Assembly (NCBI RefSeq): GCF_036365525.1
Contig: NC_090408.1
Location: 35,084,269 to 35,148,268 of the forward strand
Direction of reading: 5' to 3'
DNA length: 64,000 bases
Origin: Heterodontus francisci
Taxonomy: Eukaryota
Of this stretch, positions 52,375-64,000 are shown piece after piece. The position numbers and the translations under genes were made by a program. The notes under the pieces were generated by a model. That model saw only the letters and a list, made by a program, of their open reading frames with translations. It searched no databases and had not been told where the DNA came from. Positions within the stretch are counted from its first letter, which is position 1; every line of letters starts with the position of its first letter.

Positions 52375-53296
52375 TGTCAGGCACGCGCCCCGCCCCCCCC
52401 CCACCTCCCCCCCCCCCCGAACACCTGCCAAGAATGAGGAAAATCAATTTTTCCACATGAGCATTGATTTTAAACAGTTGTTGGTAAAGAAAGAACTTGC
52501 TTTAAAAAAACAATTGGAGACTTTGGCTGGAGAGAGACATTACCATATCAACAAACAGTACATAAAAAGACAAAGGAGCTATTCCCTGCTCCAATTTAAT
52601 CCACAATGGACTTTTGATTACCAGATGTTGAAGCATTCCAGGTTCACTACTAAGTAGGCCGACTACACCAACAGACATGGTCAGGCCAGTTTAGTCACAT
52701 GACTAACTGTTGGAGTTTTTTGAATTTGAACTTTCAACAACAAATTTGAAATCAGGAAAATCTCTTGGACTGGAAAAGACCTCTCTCCTGTCTACTCTCA
52801 TCTCGTTCTCACCAGCTCCAGAAACCATTGAAGACATATGAACCCCAAGAGAGAAATGTCTCCTACAGTGAACAAGGTTTAAGAAGAATACTGGGCCCCA
52901 ACAAAAAGCAAGAATTACCTAGAAAAGGACTACAGTGAGCTCAAAGAACAGTAAAAACCCCTCTTCAGAGATTGCCTCAAACCTCTCCATTTTATTTTTC
53001 TTCTCTTTTCTGTCCCTATTTGCATGTGTGTATTGCGTGTGTATGCTAGCGTGGGTGTGTCGTATATCCATAGGTGTTAACCATATTAGAGTTTAAGTTT
53101 AAGGTTTAATAAATTTCACTTCTCTTCTTTAAACCTACAAAAGCCTGTTTATGCTCATTTTTTTGCCTTATAATTGGAACGAGGATTCACCAAAGGGGAG
53201 TTCAAAACACACCATGTTTAAAATTAAACCCTGTTACAATAAGACCAGGTGAAGACAATAAAAGACCCTTAGATCCTTTCTCACCTGGTAGTAACA
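52375..53296 (+). mobile_element. Solo LTR (Gypsy-type) with 4-bp TSD CTTA
   Basis: TGTCAGG...GTAACA, flanked by ctta at 52371-74 and 53297-300. Strongly similar to 34754-35581. Confidence 0.88.
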
Positions 53297-55101
53297 CTTA
53301 CAAAAGCAAGAATGCAGTACCTGGTTGATTAATGACATGCCAGTCCTTTTTTTGAGTATTATTTTTCTTAGTCTAATAAGGTTATTTAGGGTCAGGATGT
53401 CTACATAATTTGGCTTCAGTGTGTTGTTTGTGCCCTATTAAAACAGTATAGTTTAAAGCTGGATCACCCACATTACATTAACTTATATTGGTGCTATTTT
53501 ATGAGGAAAATGTCTGTTTTAAATGAAATTTGCATTTACCATAATGTGCTCTTTAAGGATTGCATTTACTGTTTTTCAAAATCTTTCCAAATATTAAAGA
53601 ACAATTTTTTTCTTCATGAGATCAGAAACTCTTTATTTGGAATAAGATGCCTTTATTCTTTAAAAAAAAATGTTTTCTAAATATTACAAGGTTTCAGAAG
53701 AATACCAAATGTCAAATGAATAGGAGCTTCAAAATTATCAAGCGGTCAATCCCTTCCTCATCCCCAGATAGGAGAAACCTGAGAGAAAACTATCTGTCCA
53801 ATGTCACTTCTGGAGAGTGAGACCAATGCAGAAGTAGTCATTCGTACTGGGTTTTGATTGTTCCATCAGACTTTCCACCTTCCTATAATTTCTAGGCCTG
53901 CAATGGGTTTCATTGTTTTGAGGCAGGGAAAAATAATTTAATTTAGAATAGAACATACCGGGACTTGGCTTCAACCTAACTAGGATTTAGAGAATAAAGT
54001 GTCTGTACCATCATAGGAAAATGGCTAACAAACTCTGTGTAGGGAATTGTAGGTATTTGCTGCAACTCATTGGAACATAAACACACTGTTGTTCTGTCAA
54101 CATCTGTAATTGAATCAGTGCCCTTTTTTGTTCTTGATATATAGTGCCTTTCATGACCGCAGGATGTCCCAAAGTGCTTTACAGCCAATTAAGTACTTTT
54201 TTGAAGTGTAGTCACTGTTGTACTGCATTATGTGGGCAACACTGGCAAGGCTGGCCTTTATTGGTTGCCCTGTGGCTGTGGTGATGTTTCTTCTCCTTGA
54301 ACCTCTGTCGTCCTTCTGTGCAGGTGCTCCCACAATGTTATAGAGAGGTGTTGAGGTTTCTGGTACTGCAGCCACACTTCTCTAAAATAGAGCAGCACCT
54401 GAAAGTGCCAAATGCAACTTCAAAAGTCAAAGATTTTCTAAATGATTCCAACCTGTGCACCTTTTCTGATCAGTGCATAAACTTTGAAAGCTGTATCCAA
54501 GCCGAGTATACTGAAATCTAGTGGCAGGAAATCAGGAAAATGGTACTGAGGAAAATCATTGCCTACTTCGCTTGGCTCTGCAGCCCCTTTGGCTAGAAAG
54601 AGCACTACAGCTGCTGTGGTGTTCAATTGTGCATCCATCTCTCCTCCAAGTCAATAGTTCTTGCTGTACTGCTAAAAGGTTTTCTGTTTAATATTAATCC
54701 TGTGTAATGTTTTTATGTTTGTTGTTAATATTATGGGATCACACAAATGTTTATTCCTCCGTTGTTCATCTCGAGTTGCCTGTTGGGAGGGATTGGCAGC
54801 ATTGAAATATTTTAACATCTGAATGGAGGAAACCACACATCATTTAGTTTGAATCAAAGTAAGTATTCCATTCGAGAATGTAGAAAAGTAGCCCAAGAAG
54901 AAGTTCTCTTCCTGACAACCTTCCTAAAGATTAGTTCTTGGCTTTCAGCTTTTTCAACTTTAGATGAATTCAACTTTTATGTTACAAGGCCCATATGCTA
55001 TTGGTAAATTTACCAGTCTTACTTTCCTCCTTCCTTTTTAGAACCCTCACTTTCCCTTCTCCTCCATCACCTGAGATCAAAGTAGACAAATTCTTCAAAC
55101 T

Positions 55102-55258
55102 AAAATAAAATATTGCAGATGCTGGAAATCTGAAATAAAAACAAGAAATGCTGGAAATACTCAGCAGGTCTAGCACTGACCTGAAACATTAATTGCTTCT
55201 CTCTCCACAGATGCTGCCAGACCTGCTGAGTATTTCCAGTATTTCTTGTTTTTATATT
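55102..55258. mobile_element. Palindromic Penelope-type repeat, internally deleted
   Basis: Inverted arms, and a 14-bp flanking direct repeat AAATTCTTCAAACT at 55088-101 and 55259-272. Confidence 0.8.
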
Positions 55259-55396
55259 AAATTCTTCAAACTGTTTGTTTTTTTCCTTTGTGTTAATTAC
55301 TATTATAAAAACTCAGCTCCCTCATCCTGACTTGTTCAAGATAGAATTCCTCCATCAGCACATTTTAAAAGAAATATCATATATTTCTGAAAATTC

Positions 55397-56302
55397 TGTT
55401 ACGACCAGGTGAGCAATGTATCTAGGGCTGTCTTGCTATCTTCACCTGGTCTTATTATAACAGGGTTTAAGTTTAAACACACAGTGTTTTGAGCTCCCCC
55501 TTTGTGTGAACCCTTGTTCACTGTTTCCAATTATAAGGCAAAGAACTGAGCACAAGCAGGCTTTCTTTGGTTTAAAGCAGAAAGATGAAATTTATTAAAC
55601 CTTAAACTTAAGCTCTGATACAGTTCATGCTTACGGATATCGACGCGCTCATGCTAGCATGCACACGTGATATAAACATGCAAAATAGGGACAGAAAAGA
55701 ACAGAAGAAAAGATAAGTAGAACAGTTTGAGGCAATATCCTGTTACTGTTTCTCAAGCTCGCTGTAGTCCTTGTTTGAAGTTATAGTCTTATGTTTCGTT
55801 GGAGCCCAGTAATCTTCTTAAAACTTTGTTCACGTGGCAAACCTTTCTCTCTTTGAGTTTCACGTGTCTTCAATGGTTTCAGTTCCCTGAAAGATGAGCA
55901 GACAGGCAGGAGAGGAGATGTTCTCAGTCCCAGGAGGAGGTCTTTACTCATGAGCACCTGGCTTTGTCTCAGTTCAAATTCTATTGATGGGAGTTCAAAT
56001 TCAAAAAAGACTCCCTGGTTGCCCCGCAGGTTAGTTATGTGACTAGTTCCTTACATGGAACAGTCTTTTCAACATCCTTTGTTGGAGGTTCAAATCCAAA
56101 AGCTCCAGCCAGCTAGACATGTGACTAGAACCGGTTTGACCACTTCTGTGTATTGGAGAAGCCCCTGCTGGATCCCCATTGTTTCAACATTGTCTGTTAC
56201 CATGGAAATGTCTTTCCGGTCAGGGCTTGCAATTTTAGGTTTTAATGTTCATGTGGCAAAATAATGCATGCCTCAGTCTTGGCAGGTGGGGTTTGCCTGA
56301 CA
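55397..56302 (-). mobile_element. Solo LTR (Gypsy-type), inverted relative to 52375-53296
   Basis: TGTTACGACCAGG...GCCTGACA, the reverse complement of the family ends. The flanks attc and aaga do not match. Confidence 0.85.
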
Positions 56303-56496
56303 AAGAAGTACGTGATTTAATCATCCACAAAAACTTCCAAGTCCAAGTGTGTTGCTGTAAGTTGCAGAATGAGAGCTTACTATGCCAGTATTTGAGATGA
56401 GGCAGTAAGCATTACCCGGAATATATTTAGTGTTCTAAGAACTTTGGTATATTGCTGTTACACTCATGTGATGACCAGGAATATTATGGCTTACAG

Positions 56497-56579
56497 TTGC
56501 AGTTGCCAATGATTATGCTTGTAAAGGACTTGACCACCTTGAGGAGAAATTTCCTGTACTTCATGAGGACGCCACAAAA
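56497..56579 (+). CDS. PLIN1: PLIN1 coding exon 3
   Basis: Acceptor ttacag and donor gtgagt. 83 nt encoding (I)AVANDYACKGLDHLEEKFPVLHEDATK. GLDHLEEK matches PLIN1. Confidence 0.92.
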
Positions 56580-57388
56580 GTGAGTGTCTGGTTTTCGTTA
56601 TCACAGGTTTCGAAATAAAACGGTTGCTAAGGAGTTAAAGCTTTCCATTGTTGTACAATAGCTTTATTAAAGTTTAAGCCTTCCTTTTTTTTGTGCTCTT
56701 CGTTAGGATCACAGTACACTTGAAAGGCAGTGCATATGCTGACATTGAGAAGAGTTTGACTTCATACTCAATAGAGGAACATACACTTAGATCAAATGAA
56801 TCCATAATATAACCAAGTCAGTCAGAAGAAAGACTGCATCTTTTCTACACTTAAGAACATAGCCTGTTGCAAAAGGAAGATTGCAAGAATACAGAGACAT
56901 CAAAGGCATTGACCATTGGCGGGGGCAGGGGGTGCGGCATTGGAGAAGGTATTTGGCAAGCATTAATACAAGGGATCACATTTAGGATTAGGGAGAAAGG
57001 GTCCAAGGTAGAATAATAAACAAATAGCGGGAATACAGAATTGGCTTTTCAGCCTCTGTAAAGGATTTTGGGTTTAGCCCTTTTCTCCCCTTTCTCTCTA
57101 GACACTGGATTTCTTCGGCATTTTCTGCTAGTTTCAATCTCCAGCATTTGCGCTTTCTTTTTCTAGAACAGAGTGGGTTTGATTGAGCTTTTTCTTGTTC
57201 CAGTTTCCCTTGTGCTTTATTTGGATTTAGCTTGAGGTGAGGAGAGCAGAAGGGCTGTCAGGAGTTTAGAAACTTGTATTTTAAGTCGGGCTAGAGCCAG
57301 GTTCATTGAAATTGTTTTTCATTCATCCAATCAAGGCATTAACTTGGAATTACAAATGGTAATAACATCTGTATTGATGTCTTTGTAG

Positions 57389-57650
57389 ATTGCATCTGAT
57401 ATGAAAGAAATGGCAGTTACGAAAATGAAAAGCATACGAGACAAAGTCACCAGTCCCATCCTTCATGTTTCTGACAAAGCAATAAATGTGGTAACCTGCA
57501 GAATTGAGAAAACTAAAGTCTTAATTGATGAGAGTGTGACTTCTGTCCTAACTAGTGGAATTGGAAGATTAATAACTGATGGAGTAGATGCAGCTTTGCT
57601 GAGATCTGAGCAGTTGGTTGACTCTTATCTGCCAAATGAAGATGGAAATG
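57389..57650 (+). CDS. PLIN1: PLIN1 coding exon 4 (11-mer repeat region); later exons not identified in the window
   Basis: Acceptor ctttgtag and donor gtaaga. Encodes IASDMKEMAVTKMKSIRDKVTSPILHVSDKA...GRLITDGVDAALLRSEQLVDSYLP, cf. human IASELKD...PIASTSDK...GRLASGGADLAL..EKVVEYLLP. Confidence 0.9.
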
Positions 57651-60600
57651 GTAAGAATCTTCTATATTCAGCTTTTCACAAAAGAGACTAATTTGCTCAC
57701 CATTTCCTGATCTCAAGATTACATGAATAACTCGCACCTGGAAGCTAATTCCGTAGTGATATTCAAAAGGGAATCCGATAAATACTTGAAGAGAAAAAAA
57801 CTTACGGGGCTTTGGACAATGAGCAGGGAAGTGATATTAATTGGATAGCTCTACCAAAGAGATGGCACAGGCACGTTGGGCTGAATGGCCTCCTTCTGTT
57901 CTGTATCATTCTCTGATTCTGTGGACCTTGGCTGTTAGAAGGCTGACCAGAATGGCGGGAATTTTTTCTTTTTCTCCATGTCTACTGGAAACATGGAATT
58001 ATCTGTTCTATACGGAACACATGCAGGATGGCATCTTGGAAGTTGAGGAAATTTATGGGTATGAAGCAGTTGCTACCGTTTATCACTTCTAATCCTCAAT
58101 CCATGTGTTTCTCTGAAAGGTTATGTGCCATGTAATGTAAAAAAGAAAAGGAAATAACCTAAAATACTAAGATTTTTAAATTGGGTAGAGGACCAGAGGG
58201 ACCTTTGGTATTCATATACATGAGTCACTAAAGGTTGCAGCACAAGCAGATAAAGCTTTTATATTTTTAAAGTTTGTTTTTGGACTACCGGTGTAGGATA
58301 CAAAAGGAAGAAAGTCATGTTGAGCTTGTCCAAGACCAAACTTGGGCCAGTATTGGGCAACATATTATAGAAAGATTATTTTTAAAAATGGAAAATGTGC
58401 AGTGTAGATTCACGAGGGATGAATGTTTGCAGTTCGAGATGCTGGAGAATTGTTTTCAGTGGAGCTGAGGAGCTGAAAGGGAACTTGTTTGAGGTCTTGA
58501 GAATTTTAAGGATTACAATAAGGAAAATTGTGAACATTTCCACTGGTCAGCAATAAGGGTCAGATTTAAGATGAAATGTGCAAAGAATTAAGGGGCTGCT
58601 TGGAAAAATATTATTTTGTAAGAGTGCATTTAGAATGTAGCTGTTGTTGCAGAGGTCCATAAATTCTTTCTAAAAGCAAATTAGCTTCTTAACTGAAAGG
58701 AAATATTAATGGGTATGGGGTGGAAGCAGGAGAGGAATTGTATCAGGTGGGTGAGGGAGGGGATCACTAGTGTGTACTTGATGGGCTGAATGGCCTGTTT
58801 CTGTGGTGTAACATTCTATGATGCTCAATAGACACTATAAATGAGGTGGTTTGCTTTGTATGAAATCCCAGCATACTGCAACTTTTGCCTTGAAATGGTG
58901 ATATGCTTTGGGATCTGAAACTACCCAGAACTTACAAATATATTTTGGTTTTAGTAATCTTCACACTTCAAATGCACTTTTTTTTGCCCATATATTTAAC
59001 CATGTCGATAGTATACATTATCCCAATGGATGCTAAACTATAGTGCAGGTTGTTCATAACGGACCATCATTTGTAAAACAATTTAAATGTTGATATGTGT
59101 GTGTATATATAGATCTGTCCAAAGTATCCTAGAGATTGCATGTGGAATGTTATCCTTCAAAAGAGATAATGGAAAGGATTTGATGAAGGACAAAAATCAT
59201 CTTTTAGGTCTTAGGTCATCGAATCCATTTTTTTCTTCCATTTATTTTTTTTATTCATTCTTTTAAAAGGGAAAAATACTGATGTGGTTTTATCCAAAAT
59301 TGGAGTACATCTAACCACCAATTGAGTTAAGCTTGAGGAATAATGTTATAGACTGCCACTCATATGGTAAATATTGTCTCATTTTTTTTGAAGAGTTTAA
59401 AAGGAATTTGATGCTGCCTTAGGTTTTGATAGAGGCGGGAGGTGTTGAGGTAGAATAATGGTTGGGTCATGCTGAATAACATTGGTGTGATCTTTCCTCA
59501 TATGTTACATGTAGTTTTTCACATCAATCCATGCCTCTTGAACCTTATCCTCAAACCATGGGAGAAAAAAAAACAAATCCCTTGACCTTCCACTAGAGGG
59601 TTCTGTCTTCTAGGAATCACATCCTATCCGTACTGACTAATTGATTTTTTTTTGTTCATCTAAACACAAATGCCACAACTGATCTATCGCTATTGGCTCT
59701 TTCATTACATGTGGGCAAAATAAATATTCAGTATTCACAAATTTCCCTTTGCATATCTTGTCCTGTAGCATTTAAAGTATGCAGTTAGGATCTGGAACGC
59801 TTTGCCTGAGAGTGTGGTGGAGGCAGGTTTCACTCATGGCTTTCAAAAGGGAATGGCATAATGACCAGAACAGAGAAAAGTTGCAGGGCTATGGGGAAAG
59901 GACTTGAGAATGGGGCTAGCTAAAGTGCTCTTGCAGAGAGCTGGCATGGGCTGATTGGCCTCCTCCTTTGCTGTAACCATTCTATGTTTCTAGTATGCTA
60001 TAGTAAGTGTAGTATGTAAATTGAGTGCATTTCCAGTCAAAGACCCCCACTGGGCGATTTGCATTGGGACAACCGTGGCTCAAATGCGCTGACCACCTTT
60101 TTCAATCGTTTTCTTTTAATCAGAAAAAGTATAAACACCAGAAATCTCTGCACTGTGCAGAAATGCATGTCACTCACCACAGTTCAGCTTTACTCTGGAT
60201 ACTGCCGTGATGTGTCTCCTGTGCTTAGTGAGACAGATTCAGAATTGAGGCAGGGAGGTGGAGGCTCAACAGAATCTAAATCACTAGTACAATGCCACCT
60301 TTAGGACATTTTCGACATTGCTGAGACTGTTTGAGGTTGTAGGTTCAAGTCACATAGGATCAGGAGAAGACATTTCAGCCGCCTAGTCTGTTCCACCATT
60401 CAATTAGATCACGGCCGGTCTATATCTTAACCCCACCTGCCCACCTTGGTTCCACTACCCTTACCTAACAAACATCTAATTTTTGAAATTTTCAGTTGAC
60501 CCGCCCCCAGTCTCAACAGCTTTTTGGGGATCGGGGGAGAGAGTTCCAAATTTTCACTACCCTTTGTGTGAAGCCGTGCTTCCTGACATCAATCCTGAAT

Positions 60601-60837
60601 GGTCTAACTCTAATTTTTAGATTATGTCCCCTTGTTCTAGATTCCACCCCCGCCCACCAGAGGAAATAGTTTCTCTTTAAGATGATTCGAGGATTTGATA
60701 GAGTAGATAAGCATCTCAATTATTTGACCTCTTAATCTATATATACTCAAGACAATATACGACAGGTCCATGCAACCTGCCCTCATAATTTAAGCCTTTT
60801 GAGCAAATCTGACCTTTCAGTGTAGTAATAAGGAACT

Positions 60838-61178
60838 TTATTTCCAAAAATATACTTCATAAAAATGCATAAGTACATTACATAACAGTTCAAATTTGAA
60901 ATTACATAAAGTGCAATAAAGATCAGTTTCTTTCAATACAGTACATGAGGTGCCTCACTACACTTACCATTACAGGTTATATTTACAATGTACATTTACA
61001 TTTCATGTCAAGCATTCTCTGGTGCATACAGCCCGGGGGTTTACATCTTTTCCAGGCCCTCAGTGTACTATGGCTGGAGGGCCTTAGACAGTGGCTTTTC
61101 TCCGCTGAGCCTTTGTGGCAGCTGCCCCAAGTTTTAGTGTGCCCCTCCGCATGTGGTCCTGGACCTTGGAGTGTGCCA
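60838..61178 (-). mobile_element. Tx1/L1-like LINE 3' end inserted into a SINE
   Basis: Minus-strand ORF end AHSKVQDHMRRGTLKLGAAATKAQRRKATV* followed by an AT-rich 3'UTR. 15-bp TSD TAGTA(A/G)TAAGGAACT at 60823-37 and 61179-93. Confidence 0.7.
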
Positions 61179-63357
61179 TAGTAGTAAGGAACTGCTGCAT
61201 TGCTGGAGGTGCTATCCTTTGTATGTGACATTAAACCAAGGCTCTGTCCCTCTGATCAGGTGGACATGAGATCACACCATCGAAGAACAGGAGTTGTTCC
61301 AATGCTCTACCCAACATTCCTCCTTCAGCCCACATCACTAAAATTAGATCATCCAATCATTCATTTTGCTGTTTTTGGGATATTGCTTTGTGCTATTTGT
61401 CTACTGTGATTTGCTCAAAAGCAATCAATGAGTTGCAAAGCATGGTGAGAATGTAGTGAGGGACCGCTTCGTAAACAATCATTGTTTTATTTTCTGAAAT
61501 GAAACAATACCGGAGACAAGCTCTAATGCAATGAGAAATAATGCTTGGTATTTCAACATTGTTAAACGTCTAGTGCATTGAGGCAGGATAGACAATTTGT
61601 GCAAATGAAACACAGACATGTTTATCAGGCATTTCTCTTTAATGTGATGGAAGAAAAAATGCCTCCGAAAAGTCACTGTCGCCCTCAATACTGTTTCATG
61701 TGTCAGTCACACCCTCTTGAAGGTGATCCTTGAGGCCTGAGTACAGTTAATATCTCAATATAAATGGGGAACGCCCTGTGAGTTTAAATTTTACAAGCTG
61801 CATTCGAACCATACAGTCTGTTCAGTACAACCTGGAAGGGCTATCCATCCTGCACAACTGACAGTGTGAACAGCAGTAAAATATTGGCATCGCTCTCAGC
61901 TAAACCAAAATAGAGAACACTAACTGCAGCAACACTGAAATGTGGTTGATTTGCAAGCTTACAAACCAGTGAAGTTCAGACTAGCTTATAGAATGATCCT
62001 TGATAGCTGTGACTTAAAAGATGGGCTTTATACTGCCTCATTTGTCGCCGTGCAAATTATGTCCTCCTTAAGATCCTATGTCAGCTGATTTGAAAGAAAA
62101 ATGTTTACCGTGCTCTTGTCTTAAACCTGGCTAACGGGTCAAGGTAGATGGTGTGCAAAAGTAACTAGCTGAAGAGGAAGTAAGGCAGATCAGGATTTGG
62201 TGATTCAATAAGACAGAGCTTTAATTTCCCCCCTCCCCCACCCCTAAAGTTTGTAGATTGTATGAGGAGGGAAACTGAGGGAGGGGAAAGATTACAGTTT
62301 TGAGGCCCTGGGAAAGCTTGTGTTCATGTAGGGAACAGCCTAGTAAATCCAGGCTTAATTGCAGAGAAGAGGAAGAGTGTTGAATACTGTATTGGCTGCT
62401 TGGAAGGTACAATGAGGCTGCTCCCGGAATGGTACTAATCAGAATAAAACCATTGATTTCACTTTTTAAGAACTAAAGGACGTGTACTTGGATTGTTTGA
62501 TTGAATGATATCAGAAGATTATGGTGCATTTCACATCCTCAGATTGTCCCAAAGTCCTTCACAGCCAATGAGCCTGCAGCAGAGTGGAGATAGAGACTTG
62601 CACAGCACCACAGCACTCCTGCATCCTACCCACATTTCAGCTGTACTAATAGATAGGTGCATTTGCATCCTTCCACATTCTCCAATCCAGGCTGCTTCTC
62701 AGAATCTGCTCGGGGGCAGCTCAAGACGTGGTGACCCAAATAGAAAGAGGGAAGCAGAAAGAATACAAACCAGGCATCAGACAGATTGTTTCCCAAGCAG
62801 AATGTTGCACACAGCAAAGTCAAAATGATTGCAGTTAGGAGAGGACAATTAGTGAAAATATAGATAATCCGTAGATACCAAATACGGATGTCATCTTTGC
62901 ATAAATGTTTGCATAAATATCAGATTCCAGTAGGTTTTAGAATCAAAATGCTTAAAAACACAAATTAACAATTCAGTCTACCAAATCTTTAAAGGGATTT
63001 TATGGACTTTGATTTAACAGTTTGTGCAGAGAATTCCACCCTCCGTGTAAAGTAGATTTTCTAAGGTGTTCCTTTCTGAAGTTTATTTTGTTGTATTTTT
63101 TCCAGGTGTTTGCTCAGTCATTTAAAGGTTATAAATAATCCATCAAATTGGCAATTGTGATGTCTTACAGTGATACACGACTATATTCAATACAATGGTT
63201 TTTAGAGCTGATGTAAAGCACAAGGGCACAAAAACTGCTAGAAAAGTAACTGAATTCACAGCAGCTGTCATTATTAGTGCATTTAATTGCAAAAAAAGTT
63301 AAATTGTGGCATGGAAGAGAGATGTCATGGGTATTACCACAAATTGCTGGACAATTT

Positions 63358-63605
63358 TGTTGTATGATTGCCTTTAAGAGTGATGTCCCTTTAAGATCTT
63401 AGTATGCTAATGAGCTAAGTACAGGATGCAGTCATGTGACGACAATCTAGAGTCACTCCTCAACTGTAACACCTAGAGGAAAGTTCTGTAAATAGTTTGC
63501 TCTGTACAGTATATCATTGAGCTGTAATAAACCTGTTTGAGATCTTCAATGAATTGCACTCCACACATCTCATTTATGTTGCATCGGACAACATAACGCA
63601 TTACA
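63358..63605 (+). mobile_element. Short solo LTR
   Basis: TGTTGTATG...ATTACA with an internal AATAAA. Near-TSD aattt/agttt. Confidence 0.75.
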
Positions 63606-64000
63606 AGTTTGACCTTATAAAAACTGGAGCGTGCCAACTAATTGTTAGATTTGGCAGTAAATATGAATGAATCTTGCTGCAGCCATTTAATGCTGGTATT
63701 TCTGCCATGGATCTCAATCTTGGAGGTTCAGAACAGGAACAACTGAAACTATGGAGTCTCATTCCTGCAGGTGGTAAGTTCTTCTGAGAGGTTTATTAAA
63801 TTTTAAATTGTTTTTCTCTTTACCTTTCTTTTTTTCTCTCCTGCTCAATCCAATTTTGCTTTCCCTCTCTTTCTCTTTTTTCTGTATCTAATTTGACTCT
63901 AATTCACCCTATTACCTTCTCTGATCGCTTTGTCTCTTTCTCTATTCTTAAGTTTCATTGGTTAAGGAGATAGACGATTGGACCTGACATTCAGGAGGTC

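Noticed and set aside
60210-60304. Candidate next PLIN1 exon
   Set aside because: In-frame stops occur from both plausible acceptors, with no perilipin similarity and no donor.
63683-63779. Exon-like stretch ending in GTG|gtaagt
   Set aside because: The acceptor phase (0) does not match the phase-1 end of the exon at 57650, similarity to PLIN1 is unconvincing, and it is probably repeat-derived.
1-64000. CRISPR arrays, operons or other prokaryotic or viral systems
   Set aside because: There are no regularly spaced direct repeats and no gene-dense blocks. The sequence is spliced vertebrate DNA, and the remaining short ORFs are TE-derived or spurious.

Overview
AT-rich, repeat-dense vertebrate genomic DNA, very likely a cartilaginous fish (shark). 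This is inferred from the HE1/V-SINE, SacSINE1-like DeuSINE, CR1 and Penelope-type repeats. The window holds the conserved syntenic block WDR93(-) <> PEX11A(+) > PLIN1(+). Six coding exons of WDR93 run off the left edge. PEX11A is complete (3 coding exons, 750 nt, 249 aa) and shares a CpG-rich bidirectional promoter with WDR93 that has two RFX X-boxes and an ETS site. PLIN1 contributes a putative promoter and non-coding exon plus four coding exons, and continues beyond them. All splice phases were checked by hand. The rest is transposons: a near full-length CR1 with an esterase ORF1, a young 5'-inverted RTE, several Gypsy-type solo LTRs with 4-bp TSDs, a Tx1 3' end, MITEs and SINEs. The most notable non-obvious signal is a family of Penelope-type palindromic repeats carrying minimal hammerhead-ribozyme motifs. 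One copy lies in the possible PEX11A 3' UTR. Another is a back-to-back pair just upstream of the PLIN1 promoter, where the motif also reads as DR1/PPRE-like sites. No CRISPR array, rRNA, true tRNA or prokaryotic system was seen. Repeat family names come from recognition, not database searches.
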